From Candidatus Thorarchaeota archaeon (lineage in GTDB: Archaea > Asgardarchaeota > Thorarchaeia > Thorarchaeales > Thorarchaeaceae): 15,668 nucleotides of DNA. Under the pieces are notes generated by a model. That model saw only the letters and a list, made by a program, of their open reading frames with translations. It ran no database searches and was not told the DNA's origin. Within the stretch, counting starts at the first letter, position 1, and each line of letters begins with the position of its first letter. Below, in pieces: positions 14,317 through 15,668 of this stretch. The DNA lies in assembly GCA_029858305.1 (NCBI GenBank), contig JAOUFI010000050.1, forward strand, positions 1-15,668. Reading direction: 5' to 3'. The translations under genes were made by a program, and so were the position numbers.

Positions 14317-15668
14317 TTATTTTCTCTGAAGCTCCTCTAGAACCTGATTCATAACTCCCTCAGTGAGCTTTTCAAGTCTATCAACAGTGGACTGCTTCTT
14401 TGCTCCAATGTAGACTCTTGCCTTTGGTTCTGTTCCTGACACCCTCACAAGTACATAAGATCCATCAGTACACTCAATCCGTATGCCATCTATCTCGAGT
14501 ATCTTATCGATTCCACTCATCTGCGGAACTAATAACTCCTTAACCTTGGGTAGGAACGCCTGTTTAATATTGTCTGGACATCGGACGAAGTCTCTGAGCA
14601 TTGGATATTTTGGAATGCTCTTCATGAGTTTCATGCAACTACTATTACCCTGCTCATCCATTAACTGTGCAAATCGGGCAGCTCCAACAATGCCATCCAT
14701 CCACCAACCGTTATCAGTGAAGATGGGTTTCCAAGGTTCCGAGGCAAAGACGACATCCTTTCCCTTATCTGTGGCCAGAAACTCCTGAAGAGACCCTAAT
14801 GGCATTCGTACTACCTGACCACCTGCTGCTGTAACCAATTCGTCAATAACACTAGAGGTATCAATAGACACAACGACAATTCCTCCACCCTTTCTTACGA
14901 CCTCGTCCCTTGCAAAGAGAGCGATAACACGATTCTGATCGACAAACTCTCCTTGTTCATCAATAACTGCAAGTCTATCTCCATCACCATCATGACACAT
15001 TGTTACAGCAAAATCTGAACTTGCCGCCATTTTCATCGCATCACCAAGATTCTCTGGTGATGGTTCTGCAGGTCTTCCTGGGAAGTGTCCATCTTGGTGA
15101 GAGTTCATAGTTGTCACAGAGTATCCCATCTCTAGGAGTAAGTGTGGTGTGTAGTTTGTAGCCGCACCATTTGCCAAGTCTAACAATACCTTTGTACCAT
15201 CACTTCTTTTGCCTCTCTTTAACAAGAAATCTTTGAGATAGTTTAGGTACTGATTCCTGGTATCGAGGTATAGAACCTCTCCACAACCGTCCCAATTCGC
15301 TGCAAGATATCGGTTCTCGGAAATACAGTCCTCTAGGAAAATCTCTTCAGTTCTGATGAACTCTCTTCCACCTGTAAAGAATTTGAATCCATTATCTGCA
15401 GGTGGATTGTGACTAGCTGTGACAATAACAGACGCTGAAACTCCGTCAATTTGACTGTAGTACGCAGTTGTTGGCATTGGTGCGATTCCCAAGTCTATTA
15501 CATCAACACCAGTTGATAGAACACCAGCTATGATACTGTTCCTTAACATCTCTCTAGATGTTCTTGCATCAGTTCCGATTCCAACAGTACCCTTGCCATC
15601 TAGGAATGTACCCAATGCTCTACCAAGATTAAGCGCCAAGTCTGTTTTTACTTTCTCAGCAATTGAGC
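14317..15668 (-). CDS. Alpha-D-phosphohexomutase superfamily enzyme (PMM/PGM/GlmM-like, possibly archaeal phosphopentomutase), 5'-truncated by the window edge
   Basis: Phosphoserine loop TASHNP, metal loop DGDGDR and phosphate loop RVSGTEP. The sugar loop reads ASEPWK. The frame stays open past 15639 to the window end (…SIAEKVKTDLALNLG). Confidence 0.9.
   Translation of the reverse strand, partial: SIAEKVKTDLALNLGRALGTFLDGKGTVGIGTDARTSREMLRNSIIAGVLSTGVDVIDLGIAPMPTTAYYSQIDGVSASVIVTASHNPPADNGFKFFTGGREFIRTEEIFLEDCISENRYLAANWDGCGEVLYLDTRNQYLNYLKDFLLKRGKRSDGTKVLLDLANGAATNYTPHLLLEMGYSVTTMNSHQDGHFPGRPAEPSPENLGDAMKMAASSDFAVTMCHDGDGDRLAVIDEQGEFVDQNRVIALFARDEVVRKGGGIVVVSIDTSSVIDELVTAAGGQVVRMPLGSLQEFLATDKGKDVVFASEPWKPIFTDNGWWMDGIVGAARFAQLMDEQGNSSCMKLMKSIPKYPMLRDFVRCPDNIKQAFLPKVKELLVPQMSGIDKILEIDGIRIECTDGSYVLVRVSGTEPKARVYIGAKKQSTVDRLEKLTEGVMNQVLEELQRK

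Noticed and set aside
1-15668. CRISPR array, selenoprotein/SECIS signals and remaining short antisense ORFs
   Set aside because: There are no regularly spaced repeats and no gene needs in-frame TGA readthrough. The short ORFs lie on top of well-supported genes.

Overview
Archaeal core-genome window, about 42% GC by eye. An Asgard/Thorarchaeia-like origin is my inference, not something the sequence proves. The window is mostly a translation and RNA-processing cluster: an ArsR-type regulator, a DUF460 protein, an Sm protein, KEOPS kae1 and bud32, ribosomal uS15, a catalytically dead RecJ/GAN (Cdc45-like) protein, a Pcc1-family subunit (probably Pcc2), FAU-1, UPF0147, UPF0148 and ribosomal eS1. 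After these come an unannotated 45-aa zinc-ribbon gene and two intron-containing tRNAs. tRNA-Leu(TAG) has a non-canonical 43/44 intron, and tRNA-Ser(CGA) has two introns (37/38 and 53/54) that share a sequence core. Between the tRNAs lie an AT-rich MBL-fold hydrolase and an APH-like phosphotransferase with a candidate multi-way-junction RNA leader. A membrane protein and a truncated phosphohexomutase-family gene end the window. Best leads: (1) a release-factor-like GGQSAxRYxR loop inside the DUF460 protein, (2) the multi-intron tRNAs, (3) the nuclease-dead Cdc45/GAN, (4) the structured leader RNA and (5) the basic TFS-like mini zinc ribbon.
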